A DNA stretch of 64,000 nt from Klebsormidium nitens (lineage: Eukaryota > Plantae > Klebsormidiophyceae): positions 54,660 to 118,659 of the forward strand of contig DF237216.1 in the NCBI GenBank assembly GCA_000708835.1. Direction: 5' to 3'. Under the pieces are notes generated by a model that saw nothing but the letters and a program-made list of their open reading frames with translations, searched no databases and had not been told where the DNA came from. Made by a program: the position numbers and the translations under genes. This document shows, piece after piece, positions 10,501-23,451 of this stretch. The first letter of the stretch is position 1, and every line of letters starts with the position of its first letter.

Positions 10501-12789
10501 CGGATAAGAAACAGAAAGCGCAAACCCACCTGAGCATGCTGGCCGAGAGATCGCCACACGCGTGGAGTCCAGCGAGCACCACCGGGCCGTCCAGTAAATG
10601 CTCCGCACCCCGCTTCTCGTGTCCATCTCCTATCCTCGCAAGCTCCAGCCTAAGCTTTTCTAACACCGCTCCCGCATTGCCGAAGTCAATCTTTGACGTC
10701 ACTGCGATGGGCCCCTCGAGCAACCCGTCCTCAGTCGCTGACGTCCGTCCACTCTCCCTGACGTCATCCCGCTGTCTTCTGGATCGCCCTTTTCTTGCAC
10801 CCCCCGTTTCATTGCCATGGCTAATTGTATCAAAACCAAGTCCTTCAGCCGGCTCTTCCTGAAAGAGCCCGTTGTCGTTATGAGGGGGGATAGAATTGCT
10901 GGTGGCGAGCTTCGTTTCTCTTGCTTTGCGACGGAGGTTGCGGAAGTACTTCGAGATCGACCCCGAGCGCTTCTGCATGACGCCAGCGTGACCGGGGGCG
11001 GCATCAACCGCAATGACGTCAAGACCGTACTGGTAGTACAGGACGTTGGACAGGTAGCCCTGTAAGCAAAATAATCTGTTCAGATTTGACCGTGGCATCC
11101 AAGCTTCGAAATCATTCCCTACTCAACCAGGACGTTGGCAGAATGCGTTTGACTTGGACAAGAAAACGACCACCAACTCCGAATCAAATCTGGGCAGCAA
11201 ACGGATGCGGTCCCTGCCACTGCTCGAAGAGGGACGCCGCGACAAACTACCAAGTACCTGTCGAAAGTCCTCTTCTACCAGTGTGTCTTGGGCTGTATGC
11301 CACACCATGTCTCAGAATCTCAGAACTGAATGAGGGATTCATGAGGAGTCGACTCGAGATTCCAACTTACCTCATTCCAAACAAGGGGCCAAAAAATCAC
11401 ATAAAATAGGGAATTCAGAAACAGCCATACCTGGCCAGCACCAATATCGATTACAGTAGTAGCTCCTGCCTCCTTTGCAACCTTGGCAACCAGTGCCGCC
11501 AGTGCCGCCACCTCGTGCCGCTTCTTTGGGCTCATTCCCTGAGCCACCACATGGTCCAACTCCACAGATTCGGGGGGGTCCTTTTGACCTTGACCAGGAG
11601 GGGGGGTACCAGGTGGAAAACCGGCAACCGGACCAGGGGCGTTCTGTGGTGCCTCGTAAGCTTCTGCGAGTTGAAGGACCCCGTGTTGTGACTGTAGAGG
11701 GTTTGCATCTGGAGGGGGGGTTTCAGTATTGAGGTTGGGTGGGGATGTGTCAGGAAATGACAGGGGAAGAGCGGTTGTGGGGTCGCGCTTGAGGGAGAGG
11801 CGGTGCGCAGTAGAGATGAAGCTCTGTAGGGAGAGGGGCCATTCGTCCTGCCAAGAGAGGGGGGCAGAGATGTGGTAAATTCAAGGCTTGCCTTTCCATT
11901 CGAGATTGGAATGGAACTTCCAGATCATTTGTGAAGTACAGATACAGTTGAAGATCTTTATTAAAAAACAAGATGATAAATTCTGAAGCCCCAGTATGCC
12001 CCTCTGACAGACTGACTGCAGTGATTGATATGCTACCCCCAAACATAATTCAAGCAGCCAGGATGCTTCTTCCCTCTGTGGCTAGGGGAAAGCGCCGTTC
12101 GAAACTATTACAGTAGCTGCTCCATGTATCTGCTGAGAGTTATGTGATTGCCGACTATGGATGTTCAGGGCAACTCTCAAAATCTCATATAACCACCACT
12201 CGAAACCGCCACCATCAAATGCACCACCCTTCAGAAGGGCGACTAGAGCCACGGTCTGCCACTCAAACTCCCTCTCAATCTCATATCACGAACTTCATTA
12301 ATGTCGTCAGGCATCGCATATCACGTTGTGTCCTCCCAGGTCTAACCTCAAAAGTTGTAGATTGTAAGAAAGAAACATGCTTCTATTTTGTTATGTGCCC
12401 CGCCCCCTGCACGTGAGTATGTAATTCTGACACGAAATTCCCTGACCTCTAAGTCTAAGTAGAAACCTCGCCACTGCACTGAGTCCATGACAGCGTTCAT
12501 TCTTTGAAGGGGTTTCAGTCCAGATCGAGAAACAGAAGCGGTGGTTGTTATAATGTTTCTCCAAACATACCTTGATCATTCCAGCGGGTATGTGGAGAAG
12601 GTCGGATGTGCGGCTCGCCTGCAGTGCTACCATCCACTCAGTTGGAAAGATGTCGCGGAGAGGCCCATTGAAGATCTCTACTACACTGCAATCCCACTCG
12701 TCCCGATGATCGGCTAGACAGGTAACGAGCTCCTGCAAGTGCTCGAGAAGGCCCTGCATTGTAATTGCTTGGTGTCTGCTCGAAGTCAT
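7549..12789 (-). CDS. METTL25: METTL25/RRNAD1-family (Methyltransf_32-type) SAM-dependent methyltransferase, ~979 aa
   Basis: Exons 12571-12789, 11431-11847, 10530-11059, 8433-9945 and 7549-7809 all have GT-AG boundaries and consistent phases. Family motifs: GMSPKKRHEV, VIDIGAGQGYLS, LAGLHACGDLS, VSCCYN, HTLRAAFQ, FWTLR...LESLILLDR, LFDPEISPRN. Confidence 0.92.
8995..9112 (-). repeat. Coding 15-bp tandem repeat (PVSGT/PLSAT/PVSET-type pentapeptides) in METTL25 exon 4
   Basis: About 7 degenerate units of ggggttcgctaacc type, translating as PVSGTPVSAAPLSATPVSETPVSGPLVSEAPASEP. Confidence 0.8.
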
Positions 12790-13160
12790 TGCTTCGAGGA
12801 TGCTCTAGCGGCCATCATGGCGGTTCCCGAACAGCCCCAGCTGCCAAACCGTCCAGACACATGGAACTCCACACCTCAATACTGGCTTTTGATTAGCGCT
12901 TTTCTTTCAATTGGAGGATAGAAGTTTGTTGCTCAAGGTGAAATATGGAATGCAATGCTGCTAGCTAGCAGTGTCACAGTACGGTCGGTTAGGGTATAAC
13001 CCGCCCGGCAAAGGCCGAGAGCAACAGCCACGCTGAGCAATGAAACCCCAAAGCCCGTTAACTCTTAACCTTATCTTTGGAGAAAATAAGGTGCAGAGAG
13101 AAACAGCTGAAAAGAGGAATGTTCAGCTGAGACTCAGAGAGAGAAACACTTTCTGCAGGC
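12790..13160. promoter_or_regulatory. Putative bidirectional promoter between METTL25 and UAP
   Basis: Head-to-head start codons about 370 bp apart; inferred from the gene arrangement only. Confidence 0.5.
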
Positions 13161-16100
13161 ATGGCGCCCGCTAGTGACCTCCCAGGCGTGCCTGCCACAC
13201 TTGCAAATCAGTTGCAGCAGAACAATCAAGAGCACATTCTCGATCATCTTTCAGAGTTCGAGCCCCCGCATCAACAAGAGCTGATTCAGCAGCTGGAGGG
13301 CATTGATCTTGTAAAGTTGGCCCAGATCTTCCAGGAGTCCATCGCTCCTGCACTACGAGCTGAACATAGCAATCAGACGGGAAGCTCACAAGAAGTTGCA
13401 GAGATACAGCCTGTCAAGAATGTGAGCACAATCAGTGGACGTACAGATGCGGAGAAGGAAAGATGGAACAAGCTTGGGTTGGAAGCGATCGCAAAAGGAG
13501 AGGTAGCTATCTTGCTGCTAGCGGGGGGTCAGGGGACACGTTTGGGAAGCGACGCCCCCAAGGGGTGTTTCAACATTGGGCTGCCTAGCAGCAAAAGCCT
13601 GTTTCAGCTGCAAGCAGAGCGGATACGGCGCTTGCAAGAGCTGGCCACTGGTGGTGGCGAGAAACGTGCCACCATTCCTTGGTATATTCTAACCAGCCCC
13701 TTCACGCACCAGCCGTCCCAGGCGTTCTTCAAGGAGCACAACTACTTTGGTCTGCCAGCTGATCAGGTGAGCTCAGAGTGGGGGTGAGCTCAAACAACAG
13801 CTGACTTTGCGAGCTTGATCCGAGCGACTGCGGTTTTGACAGTCGACTTGATTCACCTCTCACCTCTATACAGACGGATCACTCTGTGATCTGAGCAAGT
13901 AACATCCAGACAGTGGACTCAGTCCTCCTCTTATCCCTCACCTCCTACATCAACAGGTCACTCAGATCATCAAGCTCTCTGTAACGACCCCAAGGTCTCA
14001 GAGTTTTGCCGCTGCTATCTCTTGTCCGCTGATTCCTTGTGCCCCCACTTTCTGTTCGTTCCTCAAGTCTCGAAGTCCTGCCACTGCTATCTACTGTCCA
14101 CTGATTCCTTATGCCCCCCCGGCAGGTCATCTTCTTCCAGCAAGGCACCCTCCCTTGCCTCGACCGCACTGGCCGCCTCATCCTCGCCACCCCCTCCACG
14201 CTCGCCACTGCCCCCGATGGAAACGGGGGGGTCTTCCTTGCCCTCAAATCCTCCGGCTGTCTCGCCGACATCTCTCGTCGGGGGGTCAGATACATCGATT
14301 GCTTTTCAGTCGACAATGCGCTGGTCAGAGTGGCAGAGCCAACTTGGATCGGACACTGTATAGAACGGGGGGCAGCAGCCGGGGCTCGGGTGCTTAGGAA
14401 GGCGCACCCCCAGGAAAAAGTGGGCGTGTTTGTGCAACGTGGCGAGGGGGGCCCAGTCGAGGTGGTGGAGTATAGTGAGATGGAGCCAGCACAGGTGGCG
14501 GCGACGGACCCAGAGACGGAGGAGCTGCGGTTCTCCTGGAGCAACGTGAGGGGATGTTTAAGACTTCCTTGAATACGAATTATTCTGAGACGCGCTGGGG
14601 CTCTTTCTTTCAAAAGGGAGTTTCAACTTCAACTTCGAGCTTCAAACTTCAACTTCGAACTGTGTACTTGATTCCATTGGAAGCAATGTGTTTTGGATTT
14701 TATCTAGCATGGTTTCATCCATCTTATTGGGCCCTGTTGAGGACGTACTATGATCTTTCATGAAGAAGCATAACGAAGAGTCAGTGGTGGTCATGGAAGG
14801 AGTAGAATGCGTTTCATTCCTGCTCTGGCATACCAGGCTGAGTCATAAAGCAAACTGATGTAGTAGTCACTCTCATATTATACGCAGCTTCGTCTCATCA
14901 CTAACCTGAACTGCGAAATTTTGCAAAGAGAGTCCTTTCATCACGTATGACCTTTCTTCTTTTGAGCTAACTCAAAAAGTCTACTTGTACTGATTGCACT
15001 GGCCTACCTCGCAACCGCTTTGCGCATGTCTCCCTCTTCACTCCTTCGTACACAATGCATCCTTCTTTGGAAGCAACTTCCCTTCTCAGACTCTGCAAGC
15101 ACTGACCTTCCCGCACTTTTTCCGGCCGTCAGATTTGCATGCACTTCTTCACGACGGCCTTCCTGGCGCAAGCTGCGGCCGCGCTCGAGCAGAGCCGCAA
15201 CTACCACGTGGCCTTCAAGAGCATTCCCTCAATCACCGGGCCTACTCCGGGATGCAAGTTGGAGCAGTTCATCTTTGACGTGTTTCCGTTGGCGGGGCAG
15301 GAGGTCGCCCTTCTCGAGGTGAGGCAGATCCTGCCAAGATATGAAATTTTTGTCGTTTCAACCACGCTTATATTGAGAGGAATAGGCATCTATGGTATGG
15401 AATCGTTGGAAGGGAGGACCCGACTGATTGATACTGCAGCAAAGCAACAAGGACTGCTGAAACAGAAACAGTCCATGTTAAAGAGAATGGTGAGAACACT
15501 TTCCATTCAAAGGCCCAAATCTTCCAAAAGATTGCTTACTGCCTTCTGGTTTGCATCCGGATGCAAAATGGTGCTCTTCATGGAAAATGGTGGAATAACG
15601 TTTCATTGGCAGACTCGTTCCGGTAGCGGGAGCCAGTGCTGTCTGACATGACGCATCTTGAGGAAGCGCGAAAAACCTGAAGGAGAAAAAGTGTTGTTTG
15701 AAAGAGAGAGCCAACTTCCGGGGGGACTGAAAGAGGCGGGTTGAAAGGAGCAAGTCGAGCCATCGACGATGCCACCTCATAGTACTTCTTATTGTAGACG
15801 AGTGACTGGCTTCTCTTTTCTGTTTTGAGAGTAGTGGCAGAGGCGTGTGGGACGTATCTTCTCATAACATACACGGAAGGGATCGAAGAGGAGAGCCAGT
15901 GACGCTCAGGCCAAGACCCAAGCGATCCTCCCTGTATAGAGGGCGATAGGAAACGCTTTCCGATGACCATGGGATACTCGCATCGGCAGAGGCGGTGCTT
16001 TTGTGTTCAAACAGTGCTTTCGGCCCGGAGTGGCATCACTCCGCAATTTTGAATTGCAGTGCAGTCAAAGCAATGAACCTCGCAGCCAGCCCCAATCCTG

Positions 16101-16431
16101 CTTACCAGCTACGACGGGCACCTCGATTTCTATTATTCACCGCATCGAGATGTTTGAACGGTCTCGTTTCTCCCTGCAGGTTGCACGAAGCGAGGAGTTC
16201 TCCCCGGTGAAGAACGCACCCGGTTCTCCTTCAGACTCGCCAGACACGGCACGTGCCCACGTGCTAACGCTGCATAAGCGATGGGTGGAAGCGGCGGGCG
16301 GCCAAGTTGATGTGCAGCCCGGAACTGATGCGTCGGGAGTCGAGGTGTCCCCTCTTATATCGTATGCTGGAGAAGGGTTGGCAGAGTTGGTAGCGGGTCG
16401 TAGTTTTGTTGCCGGCAGGGAGATCATATGA
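13161..16431 (+). CDS. UAP1: UDP-N-acetylglucosamine pyrophosphorylase, 487 aa
   Basis: Exons 13161-13766, 14126-14545, 15133-15318 and 16180-16431, all phase 0 and GT-AG. Motifs: LLLAGGQGTRLGSDAPKG, PDGNGG, FSVDNAL, KVGVF, VVEYSE, KLEQFIFDVF, EEFSPVKNA, EVSPLISYAGEGL. Confidence 0.97.
13990..14120 (+). repeat. 71-bp tandem duplication of the pre-acceptor region in UAP intron 1
   Basis: tgccgctgctatctcttgtccgctgattccttgtgccccc (~14008) against tgccactgctatctactgtccactgattccttatgccccc (~14079). Only the second copy is followed by CAG and the exon. Confidence 0.8.
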
Positions 16432-17099
16432 ATGATGCATGAGATGGTATCTGAGTTTCAAACATTAAGTTGAGCTTCTGAAGTTGAGATATTGAAGCAT
16501 CTCAATTAATAGTTGAGGGCAAGCTGGCAGTGCTACGTGAAATAAAGCTAAAGCAGCGGGTGCAGATAAAGTCAAAGATGAGTATAATAACGGCAAACAT
16601 CAAGTTCGTCATGGTTTTGATCCTGCCTGTAGCGCGCATCGCCGTCAAGCATCTTACAACAACAAAAGCACTAGACCTTACGAACCGATCTGCTCGCCAT
16701 TCATAGAATGCTATTGTGCACTGCACATGCGTGACAAGGCGTGACGGCCGTCTAACTTGACATGAGAGGCTGCAATCTCGCTGTTCCTGAAAACGTCATG
16801 CCATGCATGTATGTCACTATGTCTGTATGAAAATTCTTGGGACGCGTTGGCAACTGGTTCAATCGGTTCATATTCAGAGCAATAAGCAACTAGGTAGCTT
16901 GGCCCTGGCATTGAAGGCAAGTATGACAAAGTTAAAAACAAGACTCTAGCTCTAATTGAGAACCTGGTCGGGCAACAGGATTTGAGCAAACATGACTTTG
17001 CAACAATCTGCAAAGTGTAAATTCAAGCGTCATATATGAACTATGTGCACAACCAAGCTTTTATGCATAATGTCACGCCCCAAAATCAGCCTCGACTGC

Positions 17100-17915
17100 C
17101 TAAGCTCCCTTATCCCAGGGGGCCTTTTTGACCGAAGCTTTCACACGCGCGTCTCTGGCTGCCCATTCCGCCGCACGCTGCTGGGCACGCTGCAATTCTG
17201 CCGCTTCTCGCTCCATGACTATAGCTTTGGCGTGCACCTTCAAGAGCTCTGCTTCCAGCTTTTTGACGGCTTTGTTCACAATCTTTGTACTCTTAGTGGA
17301 ACAATAGTCTCCGGGTGAGGAGCGATCCAATTCGTGGAGAAGGCCCAACAGCCAGCGGTATGAGGCAGGCGCCGCCGGTTGCGCTCCCTCAAAAGCTGCC
17401 TGCTGGCGCCGGAACTCCGCTAGAACAAGTGGCCAGAGCTCCTGTGAGCCTATGGCAATGTGCAAGTCTTTCCGTTCGGGGTTCCTGTAGGCACCAAAGA
17501 GCCGCAGCAGAAAAGTTGCGAACTGTTGAAGCTGTTTGTCATAGAAGACTATTCTACCACCTAGCACCGACAGCTCCTCTGCAAAGGCCTCCGGAAACTC
17601 CTTTTGGTGCGATTCCCAGCACTCAAGGAGCCGCGCCGCATGGGCAGCCAACTGCAACTCTCGTTTCATCTTTTCCTCTTCCGTTATTTCCCAAAGGTAT
17701 GGGCCGCTCCATTCAGCCACTTCACGGAGAACCCACGCAATGACGACAGAAGGAGCGGGTGTGAGGTCGTCAGTTGCTGTGTTCTCTGCTCCAAAATCTG
17801 TCCCTTGACAGGTGTCAAGAAGCTCCAAGTTCTGTCCTTTCTGCACGTCCTCTGGAGAGATGCCGTCAGCAGGCGGCGGCCTGGCGGCTCCGAGACAAGA
17901 GCAAGCGACGCCCAT
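17100..17915 (-). CDS. Unknown MGxxC...KAPWD family protein, copy A (intact, 271 aa, single exon)
   Basis: Starts MGVACSCLGA. Shares PSVVI[AS]WVL, QLxAHAxRLxxCWE, AFAEEL, LHIxxGSQELWP and KKAPWD with four other copies. The start is assigned by homology within the longer ORF 17100-18125. Confidence 0.85.
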   Translation of the reverse strand: MGVACSCLGAARPPPADGISPEDVQKGQNLELLDTCQGTDFGAENTATDDLTPAPSVVIAWVLREVAEWSGPYLWEITEEEKMKRELQLAAHAARLLECWESHQKEFPEAFAEELSVLGGRIVFYDKQLQQFATFLLRLFGAYRNPERKDLHIAIGSQELWPLVLAEFRRQQAAFEGAQPAAPASYRWLLGLLHELDRSSPGDYCSTKSTKIVNKAVKKLEAELLKVHAKAIVMEREAAELQRAQQRAAEWAARDARVKASVKKAPWDKGA

Positions 17916-19165
17916 CGCGTCCAGAGCGGAACAAAGACATGCAGCTTTTGCCGAGGGGAGATTTTGCAAGCATGGCCGGCGCGTAGCAGCCGCGCGCGCC
18001 TTACAACGGCGGGTTTGGAGGATCAAGATTCGAGGTTCATCGTTCGTGGAGAACCGCGGGCGGCCGGCCGCGGTAGGCGCGAGCCAGCCGACGCACATGC
18101 GGCTGCGCGTGCGCCTCGACGCCATTCGATCACATCACTTTCATGTTGTAAATAACCTCAGTTGCGTTTACGCGTCATGCCAGATATCTGGCCATGAGCT
18201 CGCCCGCGTTGTTGCAGAGCGTCTCTTCCTACTTTCTGACTTTGTCGCCTTTCTGACGATGTATTTATTGAGGGCAAAGGTCGGAGAATTTGCGCCGACG
18301 TTCATGCAAGTATTAGTTGATCTTGAACCGCCCATCGTAGACCAATTGCACAATATACGGAAGTCGATATACGCAATACATTGAAGGTTGGCTTCCTAGC
18401 AAGGAGTACTCTAGCATGCATAGAATTGGCGAGCAGTTAAATGTTTCCCTCCTGCCGGGCCGTGCAGGTTGGAAAGACGCTACCTTCAATTACTATTATA
18501 GGCAAGCACTTATGGTTTGAAACTTCTTAATCCGGAAGCTTTGATCGATTACGATATACATGTTGGTAAAGTGCGGAGAAGTTGTCACAATCAAGGTAGG
18601 ATCCAGAGTTCCGCATGACATTCAGTGTCAATAGCAAGTTTGTTATACGTGAGTGCCGGAGAGACGGTTCGCAGGAGCTCAAGTCTCTTTGTCCGTTCAA
18701 AAGCTTGGGTCCTGAATTTTTTTGCAATGATGATATAGAATAAATCCTCGTATCTGCCTGAATACATTTGTTCAAGGTGCCTCGATCGTGCAAACATAGT
18801 GATGAGATTTGCAAACGAAAAGGATGACGACAAGGCGTGACGACTGTCCAACTCGGGGGTCTGCTACAACGCTTCGATCCCGTGCTCTCATCAAACTTGG
18901 ATTGCGGTTCCGCAGTTCTGAAACGGTCGTTCATGCATTAATGCATGATAACATCTCGGCCATTCGCAGCTAGTCTGGTTTTCTTTCCAAAGAAGCTCAG
19001 CAACTAGCAGATACGAGACGGAGGACTTTTCTCAGGCTCTGACTCTCCGGGCAAACAACTTCAAGCAAACGACTCTGCGACAATTTGCACACACTGGTCG
19101 ACGAGAGCAACTACGTACAATCGTCATCGTATTCTGCTTCAGTGCACCGTATGCCCCTACTGACA

Positions 19166-19986
19166 TCACGCCATTCCCTCCACTGCAGGTGCTTCCTTAT
19201 CCCAGGGTGCCCGTTTGAGCGGAGCTTTCATCTGTGCAATTCTGGCTGCCTCTAGCTCTCCCATGGCTTTTCTTTCCATCTCGATAGCTTTGGCGTGGAC
19301 CTTCAAGAGCTCTGCCTTCACTGGTCTTATTGCTTTCCACACAGTCCCTGAATTATCAGGGTAAAAACATGCGTTGTACAGAGGCAAGGAGCGATCCACC
19401 TCCTGGAGAAGGCTCAGTATCCAGCGAGTTGAGGCCGGCGATGCCCCTTCCGCTTTCTGAGCTGCCTGATCATGCTTCCGGCGGAACTCCGCCAGTAGGG
19501 GAGGCCAGAGCTCCTGTGAGCCTATGGTGATGTGCAGCGTGTGCAACGTTTCCCCCCAGCAGTATTTGTTAGCGCCAAAAAGCCGAATCAGAAGATGCGT
19601 GACCTGACGGCATGCATCGCGGCTTGTGTCATCATCACCACCTTTGAAGGGCACTGACAGCTCCTCTGCAAAGGCCTTTGTGAGTTCTTCTCCATGCTTT
19701 TCCCAGCACTGAAGGGGCACTGAAGCAGCCGCGCCGCATGGGCTGCTAACTGCAGCTCCCTCTTCAACTGATCTTCTAGCCGATTCCAGTCAGCCACGTC
19801 ACGGAGGACCTACGCAATGACGACAGAAGGAGCGGGCGTCAGGTCCTCCGCTGCTGTGTTCTTTCCTTCAAGCTCTGTCCCTTGACAGGTGTCAAGAAGC
19901 TCCCGATGGCCTTTTTGCACGTCCTCAGGGGAGATGACGTCAGCAGGCTGCGGCCCCTCTCCCAAACGGGTGCAGGACGAACCCAT
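19166..19986 (-). pseudogene. MGxxC...KAPWD family copy B, disrupted
   Basis: Starts MGSSCTRLG. TGG to TAG nonsense at 19810-19812 (VVIAW in copy A) and an 11-bp frameshifting insertion at ~19706-19725. The 3' ORF 19166-19720 is open and ends LKRAPWDKEAPAVEGMA. Confidence 0.85.
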
Positions 19987-21560
19987 CTCGTCCAGAACGT
20001 GAACAAACACACGGTATGCTGCGGCATGTGATCCGTATCAACCGCATGCCAGACCGGCGTGTAGCACCGCGTACCCGCGCGTGGGGGTTTGAAGGTTTTT
20101 AAAAGAAAACCTCTGCCTGCGCGGCCGGCCGCGGCAAGCGCGTTTGACATGCGACGCGGCCGCCGGCACACGTCCCCGGGGCCGGCCGGCCCAGGTTGGG
20201 AGCTGCACGCCGTCATGCCTGGTACTATAAGAAGCAGGCAGAGGTCTCGCAGAAGTTTGCAGACGTTCGATTTCTACTTTCAGAGCAAGATCGTTGAGTC
20301 GCTTTCCGTGATCTGGCCAGTGCTCCAATTGATATGCCTCAAAAAGCCGTATCGGTTTTCAATCAGCGATTCTTTTGGGTATATGGCTGTCGCACAGAAT
20401 CCTAGAAGATTGGTTGCAGACACCTGTTGCAATGTCCCGCAGCCTAAAGCCTAGGACGACCGTCAATTGTGACCTCGGGTTTGACCAGTACTTATCGAAA
20501 CGCATTTGCGAGGGCCAACCGAAATTTTATTAGATTCAAGTACTTAAGCGTTCAAACGCCAATATGCCTCAAATTGCCCATCGACTCGTCATTTCTGTTG
20601 AGAACAATAGAAAAGGAGCAGGATTCGACTTGGGTGAGAGTAATCCGGGGGCGTCTTGATTGTTTAATGCCGGCCGAGTCACGTGCTTCCGCATGAATCT
20701 CCTCAGCACTTTATGCGAAAGGCTCAAGCTGATGGATTCCTCCGCTTCTTTTCCGAGGAGCTGAAACGTGTCGGCCAGATCTACCGGGGTTCGTCTGAGC
20801 GCCGTCAGATCGATCTGCCGGGGTGACGGAAAAGTTACTGTTGCGACAAGAGAGTGCTTGACCATTTTTGCCGGCAGCGCCTCCAAGAACATGTGGCTGC
20901 GCGCACATTGCAGCAGAACTCAACATTGGGAGCGGGCGGAATTCTCCCCGAGATTTATACGAACAATAAAGTCAAAGCTCGTGCTAAGTACGAGGATGAC
21001 AGAGCGACGCTTGGACGCAAATCGAAGGGTCGAAGTTCGTCAAGTTTGCTAAGTTGTGCGCCGAGACGAAGTTGAAACCTTTGCAACGTGGAAACGGCTC
21101 GTTTGCGGCTGTGCGTCTCAACGGTCTGGCCCCGTCATTTGCAGAGACACCACACGCTAGAGTGCATTTGAAGCGTGGTGCCTCGGAACGACGTTACAGG
21201 TACAAGGCAGTCGCTTTCATCACGATGACTAGAAGACCACGCAGTTCTCGTTACTTCGAACTGTGTCCGCGCTTCGAAGCATCCAAGTCTTCGTTCGACC
21301 TTTCATTATGACTCTCGTTGCTTTTGTAAGCCGCCTTCGTTCCGTCTTCATCACGTACATCTAGCAGCTAGCTGGCTGAAGCGTGACGGAGGTGAAATAC
21401 CTAGGTGGTTGCTGTGACGCTTCACAGGTTCTATCTGAACATCAGGATTTCCAATTCCTTCAAACACTCTTAAGAGGGGGAGCAGACCGTTCTATTTTTG
21501 CAAGCATCCGTCTATCCTCCTCGTCACCTGGTCGAAAACTTGCCCGCCCGCTCAAAAAGC

Positions 21561-23451
21561 ATGGCTACGTACCTTGTCCATCTTTCTGCCGCGCCTCGCT
21601 CTCGCCCTGCACCTCTTATGCGCCTGCGCCCTCCGAATCGCGGCGACCACCGGCGCCTCCCGCAGACTGATATAGTCGCCCCTTTCGGCTCTGACCGCCC
21701 CAGTGGCGAAACTCGCACCGCTGCCAGCGCCATCGTTAGCCCCAACTGCCACGTCGTCTCTGCTCGGCCCGGGGGGCATCCAGCCGCGTAAAACATCCCC
21801 CCCCGGGCCGGCGCCTGTCGTGACGTCACGGACCACGTTACCATCTGTCCCGACCACCCCAAAAAGCGGCCCGATCACTTCACTGGCTCCTGCCCCGGCG
21901 CCCGGCCCGAGTCCTGCTCTGGCCATCCTGGCTTCGGTCCCGAGTATCAACTCCGTCGATCAATTTTTGCGGGTAGCAAATGGCAAGCAGGTGAGCTGTC
22001 GACTTGTTCATAATCAGCGGGTGATTGTTTCTTGATGAAGCTTAATGGGGGTTCGGAGTAGGAGGCACCTCGACGTGGTGATCCCGTCTTTCGGATTCTG
22101 GAAATTCGAAGCGACGAATAAGGATTCTGCAAATATCTCCTTCAGCTAAGCAACAAAGGATCCAGCAATGAGCTATAAGTAGGAGACCAGAGCTAAACTA
22201 GGCCCCTGATCTCATCCTCTCCTTGTACTGAGGATCACTCAGCCTGTCAACGGCAGAGTGTTCAAGCTGCTTGATGCGGTGCATATATGTCTCAACCAGA
22301 CTGGGCGGCACGAAGCTACTCAGGGTTAACAAACCGGGTTTAACGTGTGGTCGTTTTGGGCGACGTTCGGCGCCTGCCCAAAAATCATGTATGCCGGGCT
22401 GTTATTCAGATGTCGGCGACCGGAAACAAGGTTGAGGAAATAATCATCTTTCAAACGGTCGAAAATGGATGTGTGTCACGGCATCGAAGTTGCTCAAGAG
22501 CAAACCCTTCCCTCTGCAGCCGGCGATCATTTTCTTCACCGCAAGTTCTTTCTGTGGACCATGCCGTGACATCAGCTCAGCCTTTGCGCGCTTGGAACAA
22601 AAGTATCTCAACATCAACTTCTTCAAGGTTGACGTCGACGCGCATAGCGTGAGTGCCTCGTTTGAAAAAGTTCTTCCGAAAACTCGAGCTGGCGACTTGA
22701 ACTCGCTGCGAGAATGAACTCGCCGCGGGAACAGATTTTTTGATTCACCCAATTTTCCCGGCCCCATCCTTTATATCTTAATTGAACCCACTTGTGCTTA
22801 TGTATTTGATCTTCGATTCCTTGCAAGGAATCATGATTCATGTCTTTTGGCCAACCTCTGAAATCGAGCGGAGACTTTGCTTTTGAGAACGGCCTATCAG
22901 CCCATGTGACCTGCTGATTGCTTCTGCAGATACGAGATACTTGAGAAGACAACTCTGATGTTTGTATGCCAGTAGTGATGACGACATGTCACTTACTTTC
23001 AAAAAGTTCTATATTCGCGACCACGCCGCGCCTAACTATTCAATACTAAAAGCGGGAGGTTTGTGGCAAATGGCACATCTCGTATGCTTGTACCTACATT
23101 AAATTGATGTAGGTCGAGCTCCCTAGTTCTCGGTTGAATTGCGGTCAGAGCCTGACAAATTGCGAGTTTCTACATCTAGGTTTTGACATTTCGTGAACAC
23201 AACGGAGTGAAAGAGATCAATCCTCGACTGCTGCGACTTTGACAATGCAGGATATTGCGCTCGGAGTGGGAATCCGCGCACTGCCCACGTTTATTGCTGT
23301 CAAGAGTGGGCAATTATTGGGCACAGTTCTTGGGGCAGATTCTAACGCACTGCAAAAACTAGCTGTCAGAATCTCCTCTACGTGGACAGACGTAGCCTCG
23401 AGATCGCTTTCTTGTCAAGCAAGAATCGATATCACTGGACTAGCTTGGTAA
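21561..23451 (+). CDS. Atypical thioredoxin (FCGPC) with N-terminal Pro/Thr/Ser-rich extension; 5' end uncertain, possibly pseudogene
   Basis: Exon ending at 21990 (...VPSINSVDQFLRVANGKQ), exon 22520-22648 (PAIIFFTASSFCGPCR...FFKVDVDAHS) and exon 23251-23451 (DIALGVGIRALPTFIAVKSGQ...), all phase 0, together give a complete Trx fold. Upstream, the frame has TAG at 21673 and the ATG at 21561 is out of frame. Confidence 0.8.

Noticed and set aside
17916-18125. In-frame 70-codon extension upstream of copy A
   Set aside because: It corresponds to the GC-rich non-coding region, which is not open in the other paralogs. The homologous start is MGVAC at 17915.
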